Positions 18,672 to 28,624 of a stretch of DNA of 64,000 nt are shown here, in pieces. This DNA comes from Patescibacteria group bacterium (GTDB lineage Bacteria > Patescibacteriota > Minisyncoccia > Phycocordibacterales > UBA9973), in NCBI GenBank assembly GCA_028868715.1, contig JAGWUB010000002.1:145716-209715 (forward strand). The letters run 5' to 3'. The position numbers were made by a program, and so were the translations under genes. Position 1 is the first letter of the stretch. The number at the start of each line of letters is the position of its first letter. The notes under the pieces were generated by a model that worked only from the letters and a program-made list of their open reading frames with translations, had not been told where the DNA came from and searched no databases.

Positions 18672-19853
18672 TTACATTTTATTTAAAAAACGATTAATGT
18701 AAACAGAATCAATAGTGAGAAAAGCATTAAAGATAGCGTCTTTGTCAAAAACTGCAATGTTGTGCAAATTTTGAACATTGAGAAAAATGATCTGAAATTT
18801 AGATTCAGTCAGGGTATATTGATTAAATTGTTCTGTCTTGATTACTTCTCCAAAAAATTCTGCCAAATCTTTATCTACGGTAATATACACAAATGCAGGA
18901 ATGGAAATATCATTGGAAAGATTTGCTAAAGACTCCTGGAATTTACCCAACCACTCTGATTTTAGTTTTATTATGGCTGGCTCTAGTACGTTTGCAGTTG
19001 AGGTAGCCGCATGCCCATCCTTGAAAAGTGAGATAAGCGACTTGGCCTCACCGAGAGAAGAATTCATTGTAGCTGCGATTGTACGTATCATGAAATTAAT
19101 ACCGAGCGGAAAAGACGTTGACTCACGTAAAGTATTATTTTTTACCATGGAAATATCTGTAATTTCTCCACCGATATTAATCAGGAGAAAATTTTCTTGA
19201 TGGGTAAATAAATCGCGTACTACTGTAAAAGCAGCCACTGTAAACGGAGCGAATTTTATTTCTCTAAAAGAAAAGTGCTTTTCCACTATTTCTTCAATTT
19301 TTTTACAGACTTGTTCTTCACTCATTGATACATGAATAGTCATCTCGAGTTCAGTTGTTTTTTTATTCAATGGCTCGGCGGTTTCATAGCCATTCAAGGT
19401 TATTTTAATATTCTTTAATTCAATTAGTCGCAAAGAATTACCAACATGGGCATATTTCTTCAAATACTCTTCCTTTAAAAGTACTATTTCTTTTTGTATC
19501 AAGCTGTCTGCGAGTTTGGAGGTAAACACAAATGGTGTGTTTTTTTGCATACTAATAACCCGAGTTTGGGAAACATGCCAAGGTGATGAAAAAATACAAA
19601 AAATCTTACTTGGTGCGCCTAAATGTTTTGCATAAATTTTATCAGAAACAATTTCTAGGGCTTTTAGGGTTAAAAATAAAAATCTGTCTATCTCGATTTT
19701 ATCTTCAAGAATTATGGGTTCACGAACAGATGTAATTATTTTAGGAACTCCAGATTTTTGCATATAAAAAAGTGCCGCCTTCACAGAAGAAGAGCCTATG
19801 TCAAAAACTAGTGCCAGTTCATCTTTCTTTTTTGGTAAAGAGAAAATACCCAT
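18672..19853 (-). CDS. Actin-fold ATPase, PilM-like (or FtsA-like)
   Basis: N-terminal ALVFDIGSSSVKAALF phosphate-1 motif and a second INIGGEITDISMV motif. Confidence 0.5.
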   Translation of the reverse strand: MGIFSLPKKKDELALVFDIGSSSVKAALFYMQKSGVPKIITSVREPIILEDKIEIDRFLFLTLKALEIVSDKIYAKHLGAPSKIFCIFSSPWHVSQTRVISMQKNTPFVFTSKLADSLIQKEIVLLKEEYLKKYAHVGNSLRLIELKNIKITLNGYETAEPLNKKTTELEMTIHVSMSEEQVCKKIEEIVEKHFSFREIKFAPFTVAAFTVVRDLFTHQENFLLINIGGEITDISMVKNNTLRESTSFPLGINFMIRTIAATMNSSLGEAKSLISLFKDGHAATSTANVLEPAIIKLKSEWLGKFQESLANLSNDISIPAFVYITVDKDLAEFFGEVIKTEQFNQYTLTESKFQIIFLNVQNLHNIAVFDKDAIFNAFLTIDSVYINRFLNKM

Positions 19854-19860
19854 ACTACGA

Positions 19861-21627
19861 TTATACCATAAGTATAGCTTTTATGCGTCTAATTCCTCGT
19901 GCTACTGCCTCCTCTTTTTGAATTTTAAATTTACCCAACAGATTAGTATTCGTTACATGGGGACCACCGCAAAATTCTTTTGATATTACATTGCCATCTT
20001 TATCCTCAATAAAATATACGGATACTATATCTGCATATTTCGCCCCAAATTCCATTTCTGCACCTATTTTATGGGCTTCACTTATGGGCATTTCTCGACG
20101 GACGACGTTTAGACCCATTGCAATCTTATCATTTACCCAATCTTCTACTTTTTTCTTTTCCTCGTCAGTCAGCTTATGGTCGCAAAGAAAGTCTATCCTC
20201 AAGCGCTCCTCGGTTATGTTACTCCCTCGTTGTTTTATGTTTTTATCAACAACTGCCTGAAGCCCAGCTAAAAGTAAGTGGTGAGCTGTATGTAGCTTGA
20301 TTGTCTTTTCATTATGATTGGCGAGTCCTCCTTTGAACATGCCGGCAGACGAGGTTTGCGAAAGTTTTTGATGCTCCGCCATTTTTTTATTGAAATCTTC
20401 TCTATCTATTGCTCTACCTTTTTCTTTGGCAAGTTCTTCTGTGAGTTCAACTGGAAATCCATATGTAGTCGCGAGGAGAAATGGATCAACACCTTTTTCA
20501 AATTCTTTTAAACCATTATGTAACGTATTAAGAAATTTTTGCACCTCATCTCCAATAACAATAAAATGCTGTTCTTGGATTTTTAAAATTTCAGGATAGG
20601 TGTCTTTATATTTTTGAACATAATCTGAAAGTATATCCTTGATTAAGCCATGCGGATCTTTGGTATAGAGCTTCTGAAGATGCACAACTGCCCTTCTTAT
20701 TAAACGCCTAAGAACATATCCTTGGTCTTTGTTGCCAGGGATAACTCCATCACTAGCTAAAAACAATGCTGTGCGCATGTGATCAAAAAAAACTCGTGAA
20801 GATTTTACATACTCGATGCTGTCTGTACTGGAAACGTAACCTTGAAAGGTATCGACAACTTTTGAAAAAATATCTGTATCGTATGCTGTCTTTTTACCTT
20901 GCATTACTGCTGTGATGCGTTCAAGTCCTGCACCAGTATCTACATTTTTTTGCTTTAGCTTGCCAACAACTTTTCCTCCGGATTTTTCATATTCCATGAA
21001 AACATCATTCCAAATTTCTATCACTTCTTCTTTGTTGACTGCATTTATAAATTCTTCTTTTGAAAGATCTCCCACATTACCAGACATATCATAAAACATC
21101 TCACTGCATGGACCACAAGGGCCATTGTCGCCTGGACTCCACCAATTATCATCTGCTGGTAAAGCGTAAATACGATGTTCTGGGATTCCTAAACTTATCC
21201 AAATCTTTTTTGACTCTTCGTCAAATGGTGCATTTTCATCACCTTCAAAAATTGTAAAATAAAGACGATTTACGTCTAAGCCGAGACCTTCTTCTTTTGA
21301 AGTTAAAAACTCATAGCTCCACCCTATAGCCTCTTTTTTAAAATAATCACCCAAAGACCAATTACCCATCATTTCAAAAAATGAAAAATGTCGATTGTCT
21401 CCTATATCTTCCAAGTCCCCTGTTCTTACGCACTTCTGAACATCAGCTATTCTTTTACCCATCGGATGTGCTTCCCCTAATAAATAGGGTACAAGTGGTT
21501 GCATTCCTGCTGTATTAAACAAAACGGAGGGATCGTTTTCTGGAACTAAAGAAGCGGAAGGAATTATTTTGTGTCCCCTTTTTTCAAAAAATTTTAAAAA
21601 CCTTTGTCTGATTTCATTTGAATCCAT
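19861..21627 (-). CDS. alaS: Alanyl-tRNA synthetase, short form (catalytic, tRNA-recognition and editing domains; no C-Ala domain)
   Basis: N-terminal class II core (FNTAGMQP), HTAHHLL editing motif, CGGPHV motif; 588 aa. Confidence 0.85.
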   Translation of the reverse strand: MDSNEIRQRFLKFFEKRGHKIIPSASLVPENDPSVLFNTAGMQPLVPYLLGEAHPMGKRIADVQKCVRTGDLEDIGDNRHFSFFEMMGNWSLGDYFKKEAIGWSYEFLTSKEEGLGLDVNRLYFTIFEGDENAPFDEESKKIWISLGIPEHRIYALPADDNWWSPGDNGPCGPCSEMFYDMSGNVGDLSKEEFINAVNKEEVIEIWNDVFMEYEKSGGKVVGKLKQKNVDTGAGLERITAVMQGKKTAYDTDIFSKVVDTFQGYVSSTDSIEYVKSSRVFFDHMRTALFLASDGVIPGNKDQGYVLRRLIRRAVVHLQKLYTKDPHGLIKDILSDYVQKYKDTYPEILKIQEQHFIVIGDEVQKFLNTLHNGLKEFEKGVDPFLLATTYGFPVELTEELAKEKGRAIDREDFNKKMAEHQKLSQTSSAGMFKGGLANHNEKTIKLHTAHHLLLAGLQAVVDKNIKQRGSNITEERLRIDFLCDHKLTDEEKKKVEDWVNDKIAMGLNVVRREMPISEAHKIGAEMEFGAKYADIVSVYFIEDKDGNVISKEFCGGPHVTNTNLLGKFKIQKEEAVARGIRRIKAILMV

Positions 21628-21628
21628 T

Positions 21629-22090
21629 TTACTTATCTACTTCTCCAGTCATTTTTCTAATAGGCCTCTCAAGAATATTTACTAGAGTAAGAACAAGAAG
21701 CACTAAAATAGTAACAATAAAAGCTAGATTATAGGATCCGAATCCAGCGGCCATACCGATACCTGCAGTAACCCAAAGTCCACCAGCAGTGGTAAGGCCA
21801 CGAAGCTGAGAACCATATAGCATTATTGATCCAGCGCCTAGAAATCCAATACCGACAATTATTTGCGCAGGAATCATAGTTGGATTAAGACCCGGAAGAC
21901 TAATATATTTGACCACCATAACTTCTGAAATTAAAACAAAGACTGCTGAACCTAAAGACACAAGGGCATGAGTCTTCATGCCGGCATCTTTATGTACCAA
22001 AAGTCTCTCCGCACCCACCAACATGCCGAGCACCACCGCTACAACTAACCTTAAAATAATTTCATTGTTTTGTACTACGAATTGAGACAT
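21629..22090 (-). CDS. MgtC/SapB family membrane protein
   Basis: LGMLVGAERLLVHKDAGMKTHALVSLGSAVF signature. Confidence 0.75.
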   Translation of the reverse strand: MSQFVVQNNEIILRLVVAVVLGMLVGAERLLVHKDAGMKTHALVSLGSAVFVLISEVMVVKYISLPGLNPTMIPAQIIVGIGFLGAGSIMLYGSQLRGLTTAGGLWVTAGIGMAAGFGSYNLAFIVTILVLLVLTLVNILERPIRKMTGEVDK

Positions 22091-22128
22091 GGATATATTG
22101 TATAATAATAACTACTAAAAGAAAAGGT

Positions 22129-23298
22129 TTATATCACAACTCCACCACCTAGGCAAATATCTTTATCGTAGATGACACACGATTGACCAGAAGCAACTAA
22201 TGTCGGTTTTTTAAATATTACTTCAGCCTTAGCTTTTGATTTAATTTTAATTTCGCAGGGCAAAAATTCTCCGTGGTAACGAATTTGGGCGGTATACACT
22301 TTTTCTGGTTTTGGTATTTCCGAAATCCAGTTTGTATTATGTATATTTATAGAAAAATGAGAAATGTGCTTTTTTGAAGGAGTGGTTGAGCTTTGCTCAT
22401 CCCCGAGCGACTGAGAAAAAGTATATTTCTTATTTTTCTGAGAGACTATTAAAATATTTTTCTTGATATCTTTACCTATCACATAATAGGCTCCATCGTT
22501 TGGATTTTTTTTGGTAATTACAAAACCATGTCGCTCTCCTAGGGTATGAAAAACGACACCATTATGAAAACCTATTTCTTCACCCTTTTCATTTAAAACT
22601 TTTCCTTTCTTTTCCTTAATATAATGTTTCAAAAATTCTTTCAAATCTACTGCGCCCAAAAAACAAATACCTTGGCTATCATGCTTTTCGGCGACAGGAA
22701 GCTTAAACTTTTTTGCCAATTTGCGAACTTCAGTTTTCTTTAAACGCCCGACTGGAAAAATTATTTTGGAAAGTTGTTTTTGATTCAGCGTCCACAAAAA
22801 ATAACTTTGATCTTTCGCTGGGTCTATTCCGCGAAGCAGAAAATGCTTTTTAGAAGGAGTGGTTGAGCTTTGCTCATCCCCGAGCGACTGAGAAAAAGCG
22901 CTTTCTGTGCAGCTCGCATAATGACCCGTCGCTACAAAGTTAGCCCCCATACTAAGTGCTTTTTTGAGGAAAGCGCCAAACTTTACTTCTTTGTTACACA
23001 TCACATCTGGATTGGGAGTCCGACCAGCTTTGTATTCGCGAATCATATAATCAGCTACTTCTTTTTTATATACATTCTCTAAATCAAAAGTAAGGAATGG
23101 AATTTTGAGATATGCTGCCACTCGCATCGCATCCCGACGCTCTTCTTCTTCGTTGCATTCTAAAAAATCTGGATGCCAAGTTTTTATAAAAACTCCGACG
23201 ACATCATACCCAGCTTTTAAAAGAAGAGTGGCCGAAACAGCGCTATCAACGCCTCCAGATAAACCAACAAAAACAAGTTGCTTTTTTTTCTTTTGCAT
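22129..23298 (-). CDS. mnmA: tRNA-specific 2-thiouridylase MnmA, carrying two copies of a 17-aa in-frame insertion
   Basis: PP-loop VGLSGGVDSAVSA, NPDVMCNKEVKFGAF, ATGHY and CLGGGVV motifs. The peptide FSQSLGDEQSSTTPSKK is inserted twice at non-homologous positions. Confidence 0.9.
   Translation of the reverse strand: MQKKKKQLVFVGLSGGVDSAVSATLLLKAGYDVVGVFIKTWHPDFLECNEEEERRDAMRVAAYLKIPFLTFDLENVYKKEVADYMIREYKAGRTPNPDVMCNKEVKFGAFLKKALSMGANFVATGHYASCTESAFSQSLGDEQSSTTPSKKHFLLRGIDPAKDQSYFLWTLNQKQLSKIIFPVGRLKKTEVRKLAKKFKLPVAEKHDSQGICFLGAVDLKEFLKHYIKEKKGKVLNEKGEEIGFHNGVVFHTLGERHGFVITKKNPNDGAYYVIGKDIKKNILIVSQKNKKYTFSQSLGDEQSSTTPSKKHISHFSINIHNTNWISEIPKPEKVYTAQIRYHGEFLPCEIKIKSKAKAEVIFKKPTLVASGQSCVIYDKDICLGGGVVI
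22377..22431. repeat. Copy 1 of a ~54-nt direct repeat inside mnmA
   Basis: tgcttttttgaaggagtggttgagctttgctcatccccgagcgactgagaaaaag; differs from copy 2 by one base. Confidence 0.8.
22855..22908. repeat. Copy 2 of the ~54-nt direct repeat inside mnmA
   Basis: tgctttttagaaggagtggttgagctttgctcatccccgagcgactgagaaaaag. Confidence 0.8.
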
Positions 23299-23302
23299 AA
23301 CT

Positions 23303-24178
23303 TTATTTATTTAAATATTTTGCTTTATTTGCCTTATGTTCTGCAAAAGTTTTTGCGTAATAAGTATTTCCTTCCTTGTCGTGCAAATAATAAAGATAAG
23401 GTGAACTTTGTGGATAGATGGCTGCATGAATTGCTTCTAGGCCAGGGTTGCTGATAGGGTTTTCTGGTAAACCTTTAGTTTTATAAGTTTCAGGCGCAGC
23501 GTCTACTTGAAGAGGCATACCTTGATTAATCCTCTTCCATAAAATTCCAGAAATTATTCCCCTATCTGATGCACCCTTGGCTTCTTTTTCAATAATCGAA
23601 GCCATGGTTATGATTTCTTTTTCAGTCCTACCTGATGCAAGAATTTCTGGACGAATAGGAGTAATTTTTTTCTCATAATTTTTACTCATATGTTCCATAA
23701 CTTTTATTTCATTGTCTGTCGTAAAGAAATAATAAGTATCTGGGAAAAGATACCCTTCTTTGGCTTTTAATAAAAAATTATTTTTATTAAAGTTTGCCAA
23801 TTTGGAAATGTAAACATCGGCAATTTCGTTTTTATTAAAACCTTCTGGAATTGTAGCTACTACGGGGGGCAAATGGTGGTCGCCCCTTACTATTCGTTTA
23901 GCCACCTGCCAAACTGACGTCTTGTTATCAAATAAATAGCCGGCAGAAATTATATGCTTTTCTCCACCAAAGAGTATCGCAAAAAATTCGAAAGCAAGCC
24001 TAGAGCGTATTATATTTTCATTTTTTAATTCCAGAGAAATATTGCGCAAGCCCATTCCTGGTTGGATCTGCACAATTGTTCCGGGTTTAAAATTTGATGG
24101 TGGATTTAAAAACAAAGAATAAAAAAACACTAAAAATAGAATTATGCCCAAGGTATAAAAAATATTTTTGTTTTGCAT
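23303..24178 (-). CDS. mltG: Endolytic murein transglycosylase MltG (YceG-like)
   Basis: N-terminal TM helix, ATIPEGF motif, C-terminal GLPENPISNPGLEAIHAA. Confidence 0.8.
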   Translation of the reverse strand: MQNKNIFYTLGIILFLVFFYSLFLNPPSNFKPGTIVQIQPGMGLRNISLELKNENIIRSRLAFEFFAILFGGEKHIISAGYLFDNKTSVWQVAKRIVRGDHHLPPVVATIPEGFNKNEIADVYISKLANFNKNNFLLKAKEGYLFPDTYYFFTTDNEIKVMEHMSKNYEKKITPIRPEILASGRTEKEIITMASIIEKEAKGASDRGIISGILWKRINQGMPLQVDAAPETYKTKGLPENPISNPGLEAIHAAIYPQSSPYLYYLHDKEGNTYYAKTFAEHKANKAKYLNK

Positions 24179-24180
24179 GA

Positions 24181-25575
24181 CTATATTGGCAAATTAGTAG
24201 GTGGAGAAGCCTCTTTAGATTCAATACGTTCAAGCGTAGGAACTTTCAATATCTGACCAGGGAAATGCCAAATTGTGGCAATCTCTTCTGTATTTAGAAC
24301 AAAGGTTTTATGGTGAACATAGGCTTTTAGGAAACCTGAAAAGGGCCAAGGGATTGTCTTTTGATTAAACAAATGATGTCGAAGAGGGACATGAAAAAAT
24401 GCTCTTTCACGATATTCGTTTAACATTCTATTGGCAAGCAACATCACAGTTTCCTTTGAGGCTGGAAATATACCACTATAGCGGTCTGCCTGAGCAGAAT
24501 TAATACGATCAAAGGCATTCACATCTGGAGATGCATATTGTCTAAAAATAAGACGAATATCCCGAGAAGCATTGGTTCTAGTGCCAGGTGGGTATATTTC
24601 TTTTTTGGCAACATACATAACTCTAATCCCAGTATCAAAACCGAGCTTAGTAACTTTTAAACCCAATTTCTCTACTGGTCGCTTCATGTAATCTGGGACA
24701 CGAATTTCTTTTCTACTTCGTTTTAGTCCAATGCCTTCAAGTTCTTCTACGTCTTTATAACTTGTAAACGGTGCTAGTAATTTTTCTGTTTCTAATTTGA
24801 CCTCTGCTACCCAATCATGCTTTCCAAACCAAGTTCCTTTTGTGTGGTAAGTTTTTTTAGAAGGCGTAATGATAATTTGTATCCAAGCCTGTTCTCCTTT
24901 TTGTAGTGAGCCGAGAAATTCTATAACTGGAGAAATAGGGTCAACTTTATATTCCTCTTTTGGGTCTTTGTCTAAAGCAAAATCAATGTAAGTTTTTATA
25001 GGGTATGCCTCTGGTTTTTCTAAGGCAAATTCACAACCCCAACCATTCCAAGCACTTCTAGGACTTATTTCATCCACTGCTAAGGTATAGTCTTCTGCCT
25101 CCTTCACTTGCGCTTGAGGGTACTGAGCATACATTTGCGTCTCAATTAAATTTCTTAAACGAGTTGGTGTGCGTATATAAAAATGAACTTGGCCATCAAT
25201 GGAAGCTAATTCCAAAGAAAACCAAAACCAAACTGCTCCTTGCCAATATTCCTCCTTTCCACCTTTCATGGAAAATTGATAGAGAGCATTAGTTATAAAA
25301 AGTTCCATAGCTTTAGGGCTACGTAAAACTTCACGTGGAGGAATAATTTCAAGCAATACAAAATCTATGCCGGAAATAAAATCCTGCTGAATATAGTGAA
25401 TCCATAAAATCCAAGCAAGGCGACCAAGTATGATTACTCCGACTAGGGGCAAAAGAAAGGAGACGAAGACGTATAGTAAATTAAATTCCCAAAGTAAAAA
25501 ACCAACAACAGCGACCAAAAGCCAAGGCCAGTAGCCTGTTATTGCATTCTCAATACCGTCCATAATACTATCCAT
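24181..25575 (-). CDS. Hypothetical membrane protein (two N-terminal TM helices plus a ~380-aa soluble domain)
   Basis: Intact ORF in a tight co-directional gene run; no recognisable family. Confidence 0.4.
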   Translation of the reverse strand: MDSIMDGIENAITGYWPWLLVAVVGFLLWEFNLLYVFVSFLLPLVGVIILGRLAWILWIHYIQQDFISGIDFVLLEIIPPREVLRSPKAMELFITNALYQFSMKGGKEEYWQGAVWFWFSLELASIDGQVHFYIRTPTRLRNLIETQMYAQYPQAQVKEAEDYTLAVDEISPRSAWNGWGCEFALEKPEAYPIKTYIDFALDKDPKEEYKVDPISPVIEFLGSLQKGEQAWIQIIITPSKKTYHTKGTWFGKHDWVAEVKLETEKLLAPFTSYKDVEELEGIGLKRSRKEIRVPDYMKRPVEKLGLKVTKLGFDTGIRVMYVAKKEIYPPGTRTNASRDIRLIFRQYASPDVNAFDRINSAQADRYSGIFPASKETVMLLANRMLNEYRERAFFHVPLRHHLFNQKTIPWPFSGFLKAYVHHKTFVLNTEEIATIWHFPGQILKVPTLERIESKEASPPTNLPI

Positions 25576-25612
25576 GTTTATAGTTTAGTATAGAAACTAA
25601 AAAAAACAAAGC

Positions 25613-26641
25613 TTAGATTGCAGAGTAAAGTCCGTTTTTGTCACTCTTGAAATATTTTGGATTTGCAAGATTTACCAAAATTGTATTTTTCTTGAAGTAC
25701 CTTTCTTTGTTTACTTTGGTGATAACGTCATTTTTGGAAAGAGGTCCCTCTCTTTTTAGAATGTCTCTGATTACTTCGCGAGCAATACCAGCCTTATAAC
25801 CCCATTCTGCAAGAGCATACATTCCCCTACCAACCAAAACGAATCTAGAATCTTTGATAAGCTCATTGTGGCAAGTCGCGTAATGAACTTTTTTATTAAA
25901 TGTTTTTGAGATAGAATTGGCCACTTCTTTAAAGTGCATAGGGGAACCGTGACGTCTCATGACTAGGAAAGCATAATCCTTTACCCCGCGAGTGCGGACG
26001 TTTGGTGAGGAAGCCTTTCCCCATTCACCAAATGGGTTTTTAGCGATGTCCTTAGACATAGAGAGCCATCTTTTAGCAATCTCTTCATCTCTATATTGTT
26101 CAGAAATATCCTTCATGTGATCAAAGAATCGTTTAATCATTTCGGTTTCAGGAATAAGATCTTCGTCGTCTAGGCTAGCGTAAAGTTTCTTGAGGGTCTG
26201 GTGTACTTTTTCTCCAACCTCATCGTCCACACTAAAACGCGCATGAAAATGTTCATCCTCACGATGTTTTTTAAATGATTCGCCTAGGGTTAAAAAAAAG
26301 TGGATATGGTTTTGAGTTGATTTGTCTTTGGAAATGTATGGTAAAAGATCATGCTCCGCAACTATAGCGCCGAGTTTTTTCATTAATTGTTTCAATTCCT
26401 CAAAAGCTGCTTGCTCTGCTTTGTAGGCATCTGACTTTTTTATAGCCGCTAGAGCCACGTCTTCGATCTGACGAACGCGCTCTCTGGTGATCTTATATTT
26501 CTTACCAATTTCTTCTAGAGTTTTCCTTTTACCGTCAGGTGTTAAGCCAAAACGATTCATAATAACATCAAAAGATCGATCGGTGAGGTGAGAAATTATT
26601 TTTTTAGTGACTTTTTTAGGTTTAAAAGATATTGTTTGCAT
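25613..26641 (-). CDS. Protein with an N-terminal sigma-70 region-4-like HTH and a C-terminal HARE-HTH domain
   Basis: LTDRSFDVIMNRFGLTPDGKRKTLEEIGKKYKITRERVRQIE resembles sigma region 4.2; DSRFVLVGRGMYALAEW matches the HARE-HTH signature known from the RNAP delta subunit. Confidence 0.55.
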   Translation of the reverse strand: MQTISFKPKKVTKKIISHLTDRSFDVIMNRFGLTPDGKRKTLEEIGKKYKITRERVRQIEDVALAAIKKSDAYKAEQAAFEELKQLMKKLGAIVAEHDLLPYISKDKSTQNHIHFFLTLGESFKKHREDEHFHARFSVDDEVGEKVHQTLKKLYASLDDEDLIPETEMIKRFFDHMKDISEQYRDEEIAKRWLSMSKDIAKNPFGEWGKASSPNVRTRGVKDYAFLVMRRHGSPMHFKEVANSISKTFNKKVHYATCHNELIKDSRFVLVGRGMYALAEWGYKAGIAREVIRDILKREGPLSKNDVITKVNKERYFKKNTILVNLANPKYFKSDKNGLYSAI

Positions 26642-26678
26642 AAATTTATATTCTCTTAAGTATTCTCGGCTTATATTT

Positions 26679-28496
26679 TTACACTCTGTTTTTCTTTACT
26701 CTTTCTAGGTCAGTTAGGTATTTTTTGCGAAGCCTCACGGATTTTGGGGTAACTTCCAGATATTCGTCATTGTTCATAACCTCTAGACCTCGCTCTATAT
26801 TTAAAGTAAAAACCGGATTTAAGGTTATGGCTTCATCGGTGCCCGAAGCTCGCATGTTGGTAAGCTGTTTCCCTTTAGTGGGGTTAACCGACATGTCTTC
26901 TCCTTTCAAAACATTACCGACAACCATTCCTTCATAAACATTACTACCATGTTCGATGTACAGTATACCACGTTCTTGTAAATTTGCCAAGGAAAAGGCA
27001 ACCGCCTTGCCTGCAACCATAGAAGTCATGGAGCCGTATGAACGCTTTTTGATTTCTCCTGCGTATTCTTTGAATCCCGTGACTCTAGAACTCATAATAC
27101 CTTCACCTTTGGTGTCAATAATAAATTCACCTCGGTACCCCAAAAGTCCACGAGTGGGTATATCAAAAATAACTCTGGCGATACCATTTTTTTCAACCAT
27201 ATCTTTCATAATACCGCGTCGTTTCCCGAGCTTCTCAATGACAGTTCCAGAAAATTCCATAGGCACATCAACCACTAGCTCTTCGTAAGGTTCTGTTTTC
27301 AATCCATCTTTCTCCTTGATTATCACCTCTGGTTGAGATACTTGCATTTCAAATCCTTCACGGCGCATATTTTCCAAAAGAATAGCGATGTGAAGTTCTC
27401 CTCGGCCGTATACTTTGAAAAAACTTGGACCTGAAGTTTTGTCTCCTTGGTCCGGAGAAAAATCAACCTTGAGTCCGACGTTTATTTCAAGTTCTTTTTC
27501 TAGTCTTTCCTTAATTTGTCTTGAGGTTACAAACTTCCCTTCTTTACCGGCAAATGGAGAATCATTAACTAAAAAATTTAAGGATAGAGTCGGTTCATCA
27601 ATGGCGATATGTGGTAATGGCTCCACGGACTCGTCTTCACATAACGTCTCTCCAATGTATATGTCCGGAATACCAGAGATTAAAACAATGTCGCCAGAGG
27701 TGGCTGTTTCTACTTCTTTTCGGTTGATACCTTCGAATGAAAAAAGTTTAATGATTTTTCCTTTACGTGTTCCAGCTTGACCATCGATGTCACCTTTGAT
27801 AAAAACTTGGCTACCCGAAATAACTTTTCCAGAATAGATTCGAGCGACAGCCATTCTACCTAGAAAATTATCATAACCTAGATTAAAAACCTGAGCAGAC
27901 ATTTTGCCAGTTTCATCCAGAGAGGCTGGTTTAACTTTTTCCAAAATGAGATCGAGCAGTGGTGATAAATCCTTAGAATCGTCTCCTAAATTCTTGAATG
28001 CCTTACCTTCACGTGAGATAGAATAAATAGTTTCAAAATTTGCTTGTTCTTCCGAAGCACCTAACTCAAAAAACAGATCTAGGATTTCGTCATGAGCTCT
28101 GTGTGGGTCAGCAGCCGGTTTATCTATTTTATTTATTACTACTATTGGTTTAAGACCCAACTCTAAAGACTTTTTTAAAACAAATCTAGTCTGAGGCATT
28201 GGTCCTTCGGCCGCGTCTACCAATAAAAGCACGCAATCAATAGCTCGTAAAACGCGTTCAACTTCGGATCCAAAGTCGGCATGGCCAGGAGTGTCTACAA
28301 TATTTATCTTTGTACCCTTATAATTTATAGAAGTATTTTTTGAGTAAATCGTGATACCGCGTTCCTTTTCTAAATCATTCGAGTCCATTGAAACATTCTC
28401 GTCTGTAAGTCCACCATTTTGCTTCATCAAAGCATCGGTAAGAGTAGTCTTGCCGTGGTCCACGTGAGCTATTATTGCTATGTTTCGTATTTCCAT
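26679..28496 (-). CDS. typA: Translational GTPase TypA/BipA
   Basis: [18 protein letters not shown]-domain and EF-G-like domains. Start is placed at MEIRN. Confidence 0.9.
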   Translation of the reverse strand: MEIRNIAIIAHVDHGKTTLTDALMKQNGGLTDENVSMDSNDLEKERGITIYSKNTSINYKGTKINIVDTPGHADFGSEVERVLRAIDCVLLLVDAAEGPMPQTRFVLKKSLELGLKPIVVINKIDKPAADPHRAHDEILDLFFELGASEEQANFETIYSISREGKAFKNLGDDSKDLSPLLDLILEKVKPASLDETGKMSAQVFNLGYDNFLGRMAVARIYSGKVISGSQVFIKGDIDGQAGTRKGKIIKLFSFEGINRKEVETATSGDIVLISGIPDIYIGETLCEDESVEPLPHIAIDEPTLSLNFLVNDSPFAGKEGKFVTSRQIKERLEKELEINVGLKVDFSPDQGDKTSGPSFFKVYGRGELHIAILLENMRREGFEMQVSQPEVIIKEKDGLKTEPYEELVVDVPMEFSGTVIEKLGKRRGIMKDMVEKNGIARVIFDIPTRGLLGYRGEFIIDTKGEGIMSSRVTGFKEYAGEIKKRSYGSMTSMVAGKAVAFSLANLQERGILYIEHGSNVYEGMVVGNVLKGEDMSVNPTKGKQLTNMRASGTDEAITLNPVFTLNIERGLEVMNNDEYLEVTPKSVRLRKKYLTDLERVKKNRV

Positions 28497-28574
28497 AAAA
28501 AAAGGCCCGAAAAAATCTGAGCTTTGTTTGATAATAACATACTTTTTAAAAAACAGCAAATATTAATTTCACCC

Positions 28575-28612
28575 ATAAATTAAAAACAGCGAGCCGATCG
28601 GTTCGCTGTCTA
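28575..28612 (-). terminator. Rho-independent terminator (minus strand) closing an intergenic transcript upstream of typA
   Basis: Minus-strand reading CAGCGAACCGATCGGCTCGCTG followed by TTTTTAATTT. Confidence 0.45.
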
Positions 28613-28624
28613 ATTAGGCCAAAA

